A stretch of 64,000 nucleotides of DNA from Candidatus Bathyarchaeota archaeon (GCA_963827165.1 CAWGZR010000004.1:211183-275182), one strand, 5' to 3'. Shown: positions 1-11,559, numbered from the stretch's first letter. Notes: generated by a model not told the origin, from the letters alone. Numbers and translations are program-made.

Positions 1-995
1 AGCCTATGGAATTTCGAGCTGCGGTATGAAGTGGTACTCGACAGGTTCGCGCTATCTCGATTAGGCCGTCGAATCCTGCTTCAGACAAAACGAAAGTATT
101 GCTCTCATCGATATGGATTCTTCCGTAAAGTCGGATAGGCCCAGCCCGGTAAAATGTGCGCCCATATGAAAAGAAAGTTTTTCCTGCAGGTGTTTTCGAA
201 GGAAACGGTGTGCCATCTCTACTCAATGTAAACTTTTCAATGACGTTGTTTATGATTGCTCGCTCTGTCAGGTAAGGGAAAAGGTGCGAGTCCCCTCCAG
301 AAGTTACCACGAAATCTGGATCAAGTGCCTTGACTATTTCAACTAGTTGCAGCAGCTTTCCAGATTCTTCCCCAGAATCGATTTGTATTTCTTTTTGGTC
401 TTGGCTTACCCGAATTGTGCCGATGGGGTCATTAAAGTCTGCAATTCTATTTTTCTTAGCAATCTCTACGTCCAATTTTAAAACTCGCAAAGTAGGAACA
501 GTGTAGTCAGTGCTGGAAACTGAATCAAGCAGATTGTATTGAAGGCCTGTTTTTTCGACTTTAACTTCCGCGAAGGCAAGGGGAAAGATATCGTGGCTGA
601 AAAAGTAAGCTCGGTCTCCTTTGAGGTCGCAGTTGGAGACCTGATAGCGCAAGAAATCGCCCTGCCTCAGAATATAGTTTGTTAAACTCTGCGTTCGCCT
701 GCAATCTCTAAGCGAAAGCTCCAAAACTTTGGATTTCTCTGAATCTGTCGGTTGAGCATACTTGTAAGCAAAACTCCATTTAGCTATGTCCTGGTTGTTA
801 TAAAGTCGACCAATCAAGAGATCAATACACTCTTGCCTTGAAGAAACGTAAATTTTGGGATGGAATATATCGGTGAGTCTGATTCTCTGACCCGATTCAC
901 TTATGACCCAAACTGTGATTTCGCCTTCATTTGAAGGGTAAGCATCAAGTATCCAACCTTTAATTTTACAAGAACTGCTAATTCTAAGCGTTCAA
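1..995 (-). CDS. Family B DNA polymerase, PolB2-like, N-terminal part (runs off the window; start uncertain)
   Basis: Manual translation gives GWILDAYPSNEGEITVWVISESGQRIRL...DPDFVVTSGGDSHLFPYL...GKTFLSYGRTFYR..GRIHID..GFDGLIEIARTCRVPLHTAARNSIG, typical of archaeal PolB2 N-terminal/exonuclease-like regions. The SD-associated TTG at 995 is out of frame with the body. Confidence 0.75.
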
Positions 996-1430
996 TTCCC
1001 TCCCAGCCTTAGATCATTTGAAATTCTCTAATTGCGCTAAATCGAAAGACTTGCGCTTATTCGTAAAATTACTTAAAAGTGATTTGCCAAAACGACCGAA
1101 CCACACAGTGGAGGGGTGAATGAAAATGAATCTTTTGGCAACAACGCCTGAAGAGACCTTGGCAATAGAAAGCGCGAGACAAAAACACGTTGAAGCCGAT
1201 TTCGCAGTTGCACAGATCATTTATGCAGGAACCCTAAGCCGTTCGGCGGATTGCAAATACAGGAAGATAAGCCCGAAAAACCCGTCGATAGGTTTTTATC
1301 TTCTCAGAGTGGCGAAATCTCCCGCACAACAATCTCTTTTTCTTTTTATACGTTAGTTTTCTAAAGTTTTGATGGAGACAGGACCTTAGTCGAAACCCTT
1401 AAGATAGCAGGAAATCCTCCACAACTATTT

Positions 1431-1622
1431 TTATGTTTTTCGTCCAACAAAAACTCCGGCAACTATTCCAGTTAAGCCCGTAATGGCACTGAAAACTTCG
1501 CTATTCCAGCTATGCAAGAAAGCCATGCTACCAATCTCTAACGCTGAAAGACACACAGTTACGCCTATCCCAAACTTTACAACGTACACAAGCGTCTCAT
1601 CTGGCTCCTCTTCAATCACCAC
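1431..1622 (-). CDS. Small two-TM membrane protein
   Basis: 63 aa with two hydrophobic segments and a basic C-terminus; AGGTG precedes the start. Confidence 0.6.
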   Translation of the reverse strand: MVIEEEPDETLVYVVKFGIGVTVCLSALEIGSMAFLHSWNSEVFSAITGLTGIVAGVFVGRKT

Positions 1623-1705
1623 CTATTAAGTTGATTTGAAAAAATAAAGATGAGTTTGCTTTGTGTTTTGCCGCTTGTTGGACTACACTGTGTGGGATGT
1701 CGCTT

Positions 1706-4700
1706 TTAGCTTATGCTAAGATTGCTTGTTGCACAGGGCATTAGTTGATTTCCACTTCCATTGTTGGGAGCGTAGAGTGCGTCTGTGGTAAATGTTATGT
1801 TTGTTGGCGCATTGTTCATAACTTGGAAGGTTAAGGTTGCAAGATCGCCGCTACCGCTAATGTTTGATAATGACAATAGAGCGTCGCACATGTCTCGTAA
1901 AATGCCATTGCTCAGCACCAGTGGGTCGTTGAGGGAATTTAGAAACAGTGTTGAACCGCCTGAAGAAAAAAATGACCCTTCAGCAATGTCAGTCAATCTT
2001 AGAATGTTAGGATCCCAGGAGAGGCTACAGTCCCAGCCCCAGAGGCCAGTGACATTGTCAACATGTAGAGTCACGGTGAAGCTTTCGCCAGCATTTGGCA
2101 AAACCGATGGACCGACGAGACTGAGCTCAACGTCTTCGTTTGCGGTGCCTTGTCCGCTCGACGTGTTTAAGTTGTTACCTGAAGTTTGTGATCCAGTGGA
2201 AACCGATTGATTGCCGATCTGCTGATTGCAAGTATTGTTCCAAGCTTGATAGTAACTAGTGAAAGCCGTGACATCATTGAAGTTTATTTGTCCCGAAGCG
2301 GTGAAGTCAAGATACGGATTGTAGATTTGCTGAGCGGCGTATGCCTGGTAGTAAGCTGTAAAATAACTTATGTCGTTCATGTTACAACTGCCGTCAGGCA
2401 TTGTCCAAGTCTGGTTTGATTGCGGCGTCACAGGGTAGCCCTTATTGTCTTCCGGTTGCATTCCCGCCATGTCCGCTGGGTATTGATAACAGTTTCCACG
2501 CTGCATACTTGCGCCTCGAATCAAACTAATAAAGACCCCTACAGCCATATCAGCAGCACTAGTTGGGCTTAACACATTGTTTGTTATCATCCAGAACATC
2601 TTTGATGGGTAAAATGGTTCAGTTGGATCTCCGCCGTACCCAACAGCCCAAAGCTGCAGGTTAGTTATGTCTGCCCATTCCTCGTCAGTCGGCAGCCTAC
2701 CCACTACACCTAGATCATAAAAACCCTGTGATACGGCACTATATATGTAATCGTCGCCGCTTCCTATTCCGGTAAAAGTGTTTATTGAAAAGTTCTGTTG
2801 TTGCATGGACTGCAGAGTATTAAAGTAATTTGGGAAGAAAAGCGTTTGGTCCAAAATGAATCCACTTGCGCTGCTTGAGCTACTGAGGGCTACAATTAAG
2901 TTTTCTGTTGTATGTGCCATGAAGATCGCTGAAATCGTGTGGGAAGCTTGGACGTTGTTGAAGGTATATGATGATGCAGCCCCCAATGAGGAGCCATCAA
3001 TTGTCAAGGAAGCAATAGAGTAACCGGTACTTGGCGTGATAGTGAAGGTCTGACTTCCGCCACGAGGGACGGAGGTTGTTCCAGGAGAAATGGTGCCGTT
3101 GGAAGTCTGAGTAACAGTGATCGTGTATGTCTCTACAAAAGTTGCTGAGATCGAGGCGGGACCTCCGATGTCAGTAAATGTGTAGGTACTTACAGCACCT
3201 TGATCTTGATTAGGATTAGTAGTGGTAACATCGAAAATCGAGTAGCCTGAGTTAGCCGTTACAGTAAATGTTTGGTTCGTTCCTGCAGGAACCTGGACCG
3301 AGCCTGATGGACTAATGGAACCACCTAAACCAGCAGAAGCAGTAATTGTACAGTTAAAATTTGCTACCAAAGCTGTGACCCCTGTAAGACTAAAATTGGT
3401 CAGCGGATTTCCGTATATGTTTCCATAGCCATTTGCGCCATAATTCGCATACCAATATCCAAACGTGTATCCGGCGTATGCGTTAGCGGTGAACGTCTCC
3501 CCATTAATAGAAACAGTTCCTGCGTTAATTGGGTAGCATGAAACAGGATTATTGCTTGAACCAAAATACACTGAAATTATGTTAGGGTTTTGATTAATTG
3601 CATTGAATTGATGGCTGCTGCCGTTTCCAACGTAATTACCATCGACATAGATAGCCGTTACGACATTGCCAGTGTTGGGCATCATCACGAATTGTGGAGT
3701 ATCCCCTGCGTTAACGCCCAGAGTCGCCACTTGAGAATAGGTGTTCGGGGGAATGTAATAATAGACGGTGCCTCCAGTGCTCGAATAAACATTTACGAGG
3801 TATTGTTTTTGTGTTTGATAAGTACGGTATAGGTTGACGCGGCCATCGCCTCCGTCATTTAGATGTAAATTAACGCCGGGGTCAGGATTGGTGGGTATTT
3901 TCAGATATAAAATGTTAGTGCCTCCTGGATGGTCGTTGTAGTATTGGCTGAGGACCGAGTCAGTTGCCAAGTCGACTCCGTGAGCCATCGTATAGTTGCC
4001 GTCTTTGACATGGTAGAAAGTCTTCCAGTGCGTATTGTCCAGTGAAAGTTGAAAGGGGACATCTGAGGTGATAGCATCTGCAGCGTTTCCCTGATCGTCA
4101 CATGTGTTCACATTGTTTAAGTTAAATAGACAATGAGAAGGGCCAACGTAACTATTGTAAATGCCAAAAGTTGCGTTTGGGTTTGTCCAGGTCCAAGTGT
4201 AGGTTGTTTCTCTGTTAAGAATCCTTCCATTGTGATTATCCCAATAATAGGCAGTGTAGCTGAGTCCTCCACAGTTTTCATAATTACATGGGTAATCTTG
4301 TCTCGGGGCGATATCATTGCTGCCTGATTTCGTTTGATTAGTTGAGCATGGTACGCCGGAACCGTTGCACATTCCACCGTTACATTGCTGACTACTATCG
4401 CAGGGCAGTTGGCACATACCATAACCCCTAACTATTTGTAATCCCTTTATCCAGACAGTAACTTTTGGATCATTATTCGTAAAGGACAGCGTATTTGATC
4501 CAGTGTCATCGAATATGATATCACCATTTGAATTCTCAAATAGAGAAACATCCTGCGTCTCTGTACAGTCATCACCTGCTAATTTGCTATGATAACGGTC
4601 ATTACTGAATGTCCCAAAAGAACTATGAGATCGCAAACCCTATTGGTCCAACGTAAGCCCCCGACGAATCTTCCTCCGTATGAATGGTATACGTAATGTT

Positions 4701-4919
4701 GCAAACGTTAGCGCCTTGATAGCATTGTGGTTGAGTGCATGTGAAAGAACCCCCTACATTGGTTAATGGCGGTATTTCGAGGTCCAAAGGTCCCCAGATT
4801 GTAGTTCCAAATCCACCTACCTGATTTATTGGTGGACAAGATGGACCGCTTTTTCCACCCGTCGCGTTTGATGAGCAATTAAAGTCACTAACGCAATCCA
4901 TTAAATGAGTCTGTGACAT
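1706..4919 (-). CDS. Large Cys/Asn/Thr-rich surface-type protein with InlB-B-like repeats, a dockerin-like domain and a C-terminal cohesin-like domain (frameshift near 4630)
   Basis: ORFs 4623-4919 (GGAGGTGA SD) and 1706-4636 overlap in different frames. Repeats TITASAGLGGSISPSG..TFTVTANSGY and YTITVTQTSNGTISPG..; paired EF-hand-like DGSCNMNDI / DFTASGQINFNDV; cohesin-like FTVTLHVDNVTGLWGW..LSWDPNIL..EGSFF..SGSGDLATLTFQV. Confidence 0.7.
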
Positions 4920-5418
4920 CCATTTTCACCTCCTTTTGCATTTGAATGGTTTTTTTGTTTTCGGTCTGTATTGGACATGCGGTTAAGTCGTGAAGACTTT
5001 CGCATGTCGCTTTCGCTTTGTTTCTCTTTTCTAACATATTTGATTCATCCAATTATCAATATCAAAGAGCATGTTACCTAAGAAAATGGGAAAAGGTTCG
5101 TGTCTTGGATTCTTAATTAGCTAAATTAAAAATTAATGCTAGATAAGTTGTCTTCCAAAAACTCGGAATTTAAATAATTTTTCCAATATTGTCTTTTTCG
5201 CTTAAGCACTCTCGCTGTTATTTGTTTCAAGCCTCTTACTTGCAGTTATACTTAGGTATCGAAAGACAACCAACTTTAGCAGGCAGAACCTTTCTTCCAT
5301 GATAGAGTGTACCCCTTCTCCTTTAGCGGTTACCAGCTAGTCAAAGAAACCTTGACTAAATCAAGTCAAGAAACCTTTATGGATAGGCTTTAATAGCCTA
5401 TAGTTCGAAATAGTAAGC

Positions 5419-6390
5419 ATGGGCTGTTCAAGTAGGGTTGCGACTTTGGTGCTTGTTTTCGTATGTCTGACTTCTTTGGTTACTGAGCAACTTATCACTG
5501 TTAAGGGTCAACCAAACAATAAACAAGTTTCAGCCCCTACTCTAGAGTGGCAACAATACTATTTTAATTCAGGCTCCCAAGATGAGAACGGTATTGAGTC
5601 GGCATCCAACCTAATTCAAACAAGAGACGGCGGATATGTCTTCATGGATTTAGGCTGGTCACACCAAGAGACCTTTACGCCAACAACCGTTTACAAAGTT
5701 GATTCTTCAGGCAACATGGAATGGACGAAAACCATCGATGGGTTTGTGGGGTCAACCATTATCCAAACCAACGATGGAGGATATGAAATAGCAGGAGAAT
5801 GGTCCACGTACGGAACGACCTACAAATACACGCCCACCCTCATCAAAACTGACTCTCAAGCAAATATTCAATGGGTCCAAAATTATTCAAAAGTGCCAAA
5901 CTTGGGCGATCTGACTTCGCCGAACTTTAGTGTTTCTTCAAGCACTCCGAGAATCCAAACCAGCGACGGCGGTTATGCTTATTGGAACTATCAAACCGAT
6001 AATGCCTCGTTTGAAAGCATTGCGAAGACTGACTCAAATAACACCATACAGTGGGTAGAAAACTTGACCTTCGCAAGTGACTATGGCATTACTATTCTTC
6101 CAATAACTTCGCTAATTGAAACATCCGATGGAGCGCTTGCCGCATTAGGGGTAGGATACATGATGGGTACTGATTCACCTCTAACTGGCAGAATTTACTT
6201 AGTTAAGACAGAACCATTTTTGCCTCTGCCCTCACCGACTGCATTACCGACTCCAATTCAAACGCCTTCAATGATTCTTAGCGAGCCAGTTTTGGAATCA
6301 ATAATCATAGCTCTTACGTTAACCTTAGCCGTGGTTGTCAGTTTGCTGCTTTTCAGAAGACATCGAAAGAACCGAGAACAAGGTGAGTAG
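5419..6390 (+). CDS. Secreted, membrane-anchored protein with (L/I)IQTxDGGY repeats
   Basis: N-terminal signal peptide, four QTxDGG-type repeats, a Pro/Thr linker, and a C-terminal TM followed by RRHRK. Confidence 0.75.
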   Translation: MGCSSRVATLVLVFVCLTSLVTEQLITVKGQPNNKQVSAPTLEWQQYYFNSGSQDENGIESASNLIQTRDGGYVFMDLGWSHQETFTPTTVYKVDSSGNMEWTKTIDGFVGSTIIQTNDGGYEIAGEWSTYGTTYKYTPTLIKTDSQANIQWVQNYSKVPNLGDLTSPNFSVSSSTPRIQTSDGGYAYWNYQTDNASFESIAKTDSNNTIQWVENLTFASDYGITILPITSLIETSDGALAALGVGYMMGTDSPLTGRIYLVKTEPFLPLPSPTALPTPIQTPSMILSEPVLESIIIALTLTLAVVVSLLLFRRHRKNREQGE

Positions 6391-7127
6391 ATTTTCTCAC
6401 AGAATTATTCTAGATTTCTCGCTTCTGATGCTGAGGTCTTATTGTATATTAAGGTTTTTTGCTATTTAATAATAAACGTAATCGGGAAAAAAAGGGATGA
6501 TGTTGTTTTTATCGATCGCCGTATTCGGGGTTGGGTATGTCGGCGCCACATTTTTGACATTTATAGCTGTGGATTTTTTTGCGGCAGCTCTGGCATCGGC
6601 TCTGGATTACTGAGGTTCCGCAGGTTGGGCATTGCAAATCAACGACTTTCAACCTCTTTCACCTCCAGTTCAACGCGCCTGTTAGAAGGTAAGTTTGCCG
6701 TTCCATTAGCATACAGCGAGATGATTTTTGGGGCAAGGTTTCTATGCCGTCGTTCAAGGAACCGGCGAATTGATGTTCGTAGGTAATCGAGCAGCCGTTT
6801 TCTTGGGAAGCGTTTCCTTGCGCGGATGCCTTGATTTGGGGGATTTCCATAGATAGCTTTTTCATTTTTTCTTTTCAACTCTATGTTTGTTTAATTGCCG
6901 TTTTGAACAATGATTCTAGAGACAAATGGAGAGCCGTCTCTAGGTTTCTGTGACTTTGGGTTGGCATGAGAAACCGTGGATGTGCATGCGGACGGTTATT
7001 CGTCGTCTATCCAGATGCGGCAGATCGGACGTGCTTGCCGAAACATGACTGGGACAACCTATCAAGGCAGCCCGAGCCGAAAATGTCGAAATTGAACGCT
7101 TCAGGCAATTCAGCGCTCAAAGGGCTT

Positions 7128-7470
7128 TAGTCCGGTGCCCCCAAATTTCTCGGCGGCTCCCAACACTGGAACCCTCACTCGCATCCCCGGCAGCGGTTTT
7201 TTTCAACATCGCTTCCAGCATGTCCAGGTCTTTGTCAATTTGCTTTTCATTTACGCCCTTTTGCGATACGGTTTACGATTTGGACGGTGTAAGCGGCGAT
7301 TCGGTGCAATATTGGTGTTCGGCTATGGTTAAGGGGCGTTGGTTTCCTTTTCGTCGACGACGTACTTGAAGATGCGTCGAGCGCAGTTGGTGGCGATTTG
7401 AAAGAGCCCTTCAAGCTGGAACATAAGTTTTCTGAGGTATGCTCGGCGTCCACGTAGAGAACGCGGCACG
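7128..7470 (-). pseudogene. Frameshifted hypothetical protein (helical, mobile-element-like)
   Basis: Joining frames gives ..LRKLMFQLEGLFQIA..RIAAYTVQIVNRIAKGVNEKQIDKDLDMLEAML..; several indels are needed. Confidence 0.35.
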
Positions 7471-7877
7471 TCTTTATGACTCGAACGTCAACACGTTTAT
7501 CAAGACTTAATCTATTAGGGATATTCTCATCTTATAGGGCCACATAGTAGTAGTGACAAAAAACCAACACAAATTTGGAACCCAAAGTCAACCCATCCGC
7601 TGCAAACTACCTGTACCCCGCGAATCAATCAACACCTCACCCCGAGCCACATCAGGGACAAGATGCACCTCAACGGGTTCATGAAGCTGAGCCATCACAT
7701 CAACGCGAGTCATCTGCGAAACAGCTTCGCCCAGTCCCCGATCATAAAAGCTGCCGCGCAAAATGATGCCGCGGATTTTTCTCTCCTGCATTTTTTTCTG
7801 GTTTCTTTTGTGCATAGAATCAACTCAACGCCACTCGAGGCGGCGAAAAGAAATCGGCGACATTTGAAGGCAAGGTT

Positions 7878-8033
7878 TAGGGTTGTTTTAGGGTCGCGAG
7901 GTAGGTTCGGACGGTTTCTCTTACCAGTTCAGCCCGTGATCCGTAGCCGAGGAGTTTATGTTTGATGGCATGGTCGATTTGGGCCGACGAGTTCTTTGGG
8001 AAGTTTGACTGTCACCCAATCTGAGTCTGCCAT
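7878..8033 (-). CDS. Ribbon-helix-helix (CopG/MetJ-like) regulator, frameshifted; 3' end approximate
   Basis: MADSDWVTVKLPKELV plus one indel continues QIDHAIKHKLLGYGSRAELVRETVRTYL, a full RHH pattern. Confidence 0.65.
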
Positions 8034-8178
8034 GGTTGTGTCACTGTTGATACATGCATGTCTTGAGTCACATATAGGCATTACGAACACCAACCACTCA
8101 AACGCCGGCCACAAAGTCAAAAGAACTTCCGCAGTTTTACACAACTAAGTTTAAATCTTTGTTATTCACAGATGAATC

Positions 8179-8604
8179 ATGAGTGACAAAATGTCTTCTG
8201 AAGAACCCAACTCCGACGACTACACAACAGTAAGACTACCCAAAGAACTGATGAAAGAAATAGACCAAATAATCAAACGCGGAACAAGAGGATACAAAAG
8301 CAGATCAGAATTCATAAAAGAAGCCCTAAGAAAACGCTTCGAAGAACTGCAAATCGCACAACTCACGCCGCAGCTACCGCCACTGGAGCATTTCAACGTA
8401 GATGAGGAAGGAGTCAGGATCCTTGACAGAACTTTAGCCACTAAGACAACAAACGGCAGAATAATAGACATCTACTTTAAACCCGACAGCGTATGGTGCG
8501 ACTACTGCCAATCCAGCAGTTGCCAACACATCAAATTCGCCCTCGAACTTCCAGTCGTTCAGGAGATTTTAGACAAGAAAGGCTGGATCACGAAAAGACA
8601 ATAA
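8179..8604 (+). CDS. RHH regulator with a C-terminal SWIM-like zinc finger
   Basis: YTTVRLPKELMKEIDQII..GYKSRSEFIKEALRKRF (RHH) and WCDYCQSSSCQH. Confidence 0.85.
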   Translation: MSDKMSSEEPNSDDYTTVRLPKELMKEIDQIIKRGTRGYKSRSEFIKEALRKRFEELQIAQLTPQLPPLEHFNVDEEGVRILDRTLATKTTNGRIIDIYFKPDSVWCDYCQSSSCQHIKFALELPVVQEILDKKGWITKRQ

Positions 8605-8667
8605 AAAAAATAGAAATCTGTTGTGCTTTCAGCTTATCTGACTTTCATAATCCTGCTGATACAAAGA

Positions 8668-9188
8668 TCATTGTCGTTTTTCTTTTACAAGGCTTTTTAA
8701 TTCGATGACTTGGATTGGGCATTCTTTCCAATCGTGCTCCCAACAAACCACATAATCGCAACCATCTTTAGGGTGACCATGTTTAACAAAGTCACTGCTT
8801 CGGTATTCAAACTCAATCGTAATCGGATAACCCTTTATCCTTCTCATATTTTTTGCCAAAAGTGTCCGGAAACCTGACCTGCTCTCCTTCGATGGTTATG
8901 CCTAGATCTTCCGCCACTTTAGAAAATAAGTAAATTACACCATTTTCGCTAAGTTGGAGCGTATGTTAATCCCCTGAAGTTTAAGGATGATCCAACCAAG
9001 GGTGTTGTTCCATGTTTTTGGTTAATCGGTTTTGCATGGTCTATGGGAACGGGGGATTTTCTGAAATTGTTAATTTCAAGAGTTTCAGACACCGGGGCGG
9101 AACAAAGATAGCAGCTGTCCAACGGAAACCCACTGTTCATAATGCGGATGCTAAGACACAAGTCATTCAAAAGCAGCCTCAAATACAC
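8668..9188 (-). CDS. PD-(D/E)xK-like endonuclease domain protein (frameshifted)
   Basis: Joined reading LNFRGLTYAPT/SENGVIYLFSKVAEDLG..FPD../IEFEYRSSDFVKHGHPKDGCDYVVCWEHDW, a restriction-endonuclease-like motif set. Confidence 0.6.
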
Positions 9189-9207
9189 CCATTCAATACA
9201 ACATAAA

Positions 9208-9363
9208 GAGTAATACTAAGGCGTCACATCGGTAACAACACCAGAAGAAATCTAAGCTCTAGGCAAAGCTGGCTGGACAAAATACGACGAAATCACCGTT
9301 GCAGGCACAGCAATCCATTTCTTCCGAAAACCAAAACGATTCGGCGGACTAAACCAAATATAG
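9208..9363 (+). pseudogene. Remnant resembling the C-terminal tail of an archaeal tyrosine integrase
   Basis: With stops: E*Y*GVTSVTTPEEI*ALGKAGWTKYDEITVAGTAIHFFRKPKRFGG. This resembles the tails (A..EE...L.x.G[FW].....FRK.K) I recall on bathyarchaeal integrases. Confidence 0.4.
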
Positions 9364-9460
9364 GTAGATAAGGTTGCATAGACCGACGATAGGTTTTTAT
9401 GCTCCTCTTAAGTCTTTTAGGTGGCATCAACATATATTAATTAGAAAAATAATGGATTGA

Positions 9461-9778
9461 TTGACTAAAATGGTAAGAAAAGCACGAATACGCCTCACAA
9501 GCACAGATTACAGCAAACTTGAAGAGGTATGCGGAGAACTCAGAAGCATCGCACAGAAGACAGGCGTAAAAATCAACGGTCCAGTGCCATTGCCCACCAA
9601 GCGACTTCGCGTTCCAGTTTTGAAAGGACCTTCAGGTGAAGGAACAGCAACATGGGACAGGTGGGAGATGCGTATTCACAAACGTTTAATCGACATTGAC
9701 TCAGAAGAACGGGTTATGCGTAGAATCATGCGTATCCGTGTACCTGAAGAAGTCCACGTGACAATCGAACTCATCTAA
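9461..9778 (+). CDS. rpsJ: 30S ribosomal protein S10 (uS10)
   Basis: [48 protein letters not shown]; the likely start is the ATG at 9470. Confidence 0.98.
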   Translation: MTKMVRKARIRLTSTDYSKLEEVCGELRSIAQKTGVKINGPVPLPTKRLRVPVLKGPSGEGTATWDRWEMRIHKRLIDIDSEERVMRRIMRIRVPEEVHVTIELI

Positions 9779-9846
9779 AAACACTCGTTTTTTAGAGCCA
9801 TTTATTTTGTTTTTTGCAGATTCATTTTTCAGTTTTATTGGAAAAT

Positions 9847-10620
9847 TTAGTGATTATGCCTAAAGCCACCGATTATGGCGCTACGTGAATGCTTTTCTAA
9901 GCAGTCCACTTCATCAAACCCAGCTTCGCTTAGCCATTTCAGATGAGTTATTACCGTAGGGGATCCTATGGTTAATATTCTGTCGTCAGCGTTGAAGAAG
10001 GCTTTGTAACCTTTACGCCGCTCATTTAATTGCTGCTGTACTTCTGGGATGGTTTTGTCTGCGCCAGTTTTCATTTTAATTCCAGATTGGCGGTCGATGA
10101 GCCTGGATTTATGGTAAATCCGCTCAAGAACAGGACCAGGGGGAGGAAAGATATCACAGGACAAGAAACACCCAGCCGGATTAACTAATCCGAAAAGCTC
10201 TCGGTATAACGTGTCGATTTTGTCGGGGACGGTGTGGGTTACGAAAGAAGAGACTACCGAGTCAAAAGTTCCCCCTACGGCTTTTGACCAGCCGAAGTTT
10301 CGGAGGTTGCTTTGAACGAAGGCTACTCTTTCCCCGAATTTTCCTAATCGCTCTTGGGCATGGCGTAGCATCGCCTCAGAGAAGTCTAGGCAAGTGAGCG
10401 AAACGTTTGGGTAGCGGTTAAGGATATCTAAGCTTAAGGCGCCAGTTCCCGTTCCTAAATCCAGCAGGCGGAAACTGTCAGACGGGTCAAAAGGCAAGAA
10501 AGAAATTAATCTGTGACGCCATAAACTTCGGCCTGCTTCCATGCCTTTGTCAGCCATCCAGAAATCAACATATTTTGACGAAAGATAACGATTTTCAAAC
10601 GATTCCGAGTCCGAGGTCAA
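9847..10620 (-). CDS. Class I SAM-dependent methyltransferase
   Basis: LLDLGTGTG motif I, LDFSEAML, FDSVVSS. Confidence 0.9.
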   Translation of the reverse strand: MTSDSESFENRYLSSKYVDFWMADKGMEAGRSLWRHRLISFLPFDPSDSFRLLDLGTGTGALSLDILNRYPNVSLTCLDFSEAMLRHAQERLGKFGERVAFVQSNLRNFGWSKAVGGTFDSVVSSFVTHTVPDKIDTLYRELFGLVNPAGCFLSCDIFPPPGPVLERIYHKSRLIDRQSGIKMKTGADKTIPEVQQQLNERRKGYKAFFNADDRILTIGSPTVITHLKWLSEAGFDEVDCLEKHSRSAIIGGFRHNH

Positions 10621-10716
10621 AACAATCCCTCAAGTTGCAAATAGTCAATATAGTGGCGGGAAAATATAACATATGCTCAAAAAAAAATGTAGTTCAAGAA
10701 AAAAAACTTCTTGATT

Positions 10717-11559
10717 TTATAAGTTGACAGAGATTAATATGAAAGTTGAAATTGCTAGGGCAACGCTTGGAATAAAGGATAGAAGCCAGACTTTCTTGTT
10801 GAAGCTGAAGATTTTGTAGCCGTCGAGGATTCCGAAGGGTATTAAATTGAAGGTTGCTAAGAAGGCATTGATGTACGCGGCGAAGAACAGCATCGCTGCA
10901 AGCGGGGTTTGGGCCACAAGGGGATTTGGGGACAAAGCTAATGCGACTCCAATAATTCCGCCTGAGAGCAGGAGGTTGGTTGCGGGTCCTGCAATCGAAA
11001 TCTTGACTATTTCATCTCCGTTTGGTGAACCTGAAATCATCATTGCACCAGGTGCAATCATCCTGAAAGGCAGAAACACTGAAACAAAAGTCAACACCAC
11101 GCCCCACGTTGTTAAGCGGAATTCAGCCCATAAACCGTGTTTTTGAGCCGTGATTTTATGTGCCATTTCATGTATCAAGACGGAGCCGGTCATGAGAGCT
11201 GCGAAAGCAGCCATTAATGTCCAGGTCCAAGTGAAGTTGAATCCTCCAAAGTATCTACCATAAAGCCCGATGGAAAAACCTATAGCGACGATAAGCGCCG
11301 CCGCTACTGCTATGTGTTTAACCTCTTTGGGGCTAGATGTAATGTGGTGGTTTTGATGTGGTGGACCCATTTTGTATGAGTACTGATAGGAGTTGTATGA
11401 TTGAGGTGTTAGCACTTGTCCTTGCCTTTGTGCACGTGCAAAATCGATTCTTGGGCAGGAGTGGTTCTCAGGAAGACGGTGCGCAGTGCAGAATTGTCCG
11501 CCGCAGAAAGGACAATGAAATGGAATATCGACTTCTTGATTACAAGTTTGGCATTTCAT
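10717..11559 (-). CDS. AN1 zinc finger fused to a site-2 (M50) membrane metalloprotease
   Basis: CQTC..CPFCGGQFCTAHRLPENHSC; HEMAH, AGPATN and NLIPFGILDG motifs. Confidence 0.93.
   Translation of the reverse strand: MKCQTCNQEVDIPFHCPFCGGQFCTAHRLPENHSCPRIDFARAQRQGQVLTPQSYNSYQYSYKMGPPHQNHHITSSPKEVKHIAVAAALIVAIGFSIGLYGRYFGGFNFTWTWTLMAAFAALMTGSVLIHEMAHKITAQKHGLWAEFRLTTWGVVLTFVSVFLPFRMIAPGAMMISGSPNGDEIVKISIAGPATNLLLSGGIIGVALALSPNPLVAQTPLAAMLFFAAYINAFLATFNLIPFGILDGYKIFSFNKKVWLLSFIPSVALAISTFILISVNL

Noticed and set aside
1014-1356. Short overlapping ORFs upstream of polB2
   Set aside because: Neither strand shows a recognisable motif, so I could not choose a real gene.
6940-7150. Possible degenerate terminase start
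   Set aside because: Multiple stops and no intact Walker A; the resemblance is too weak to call.
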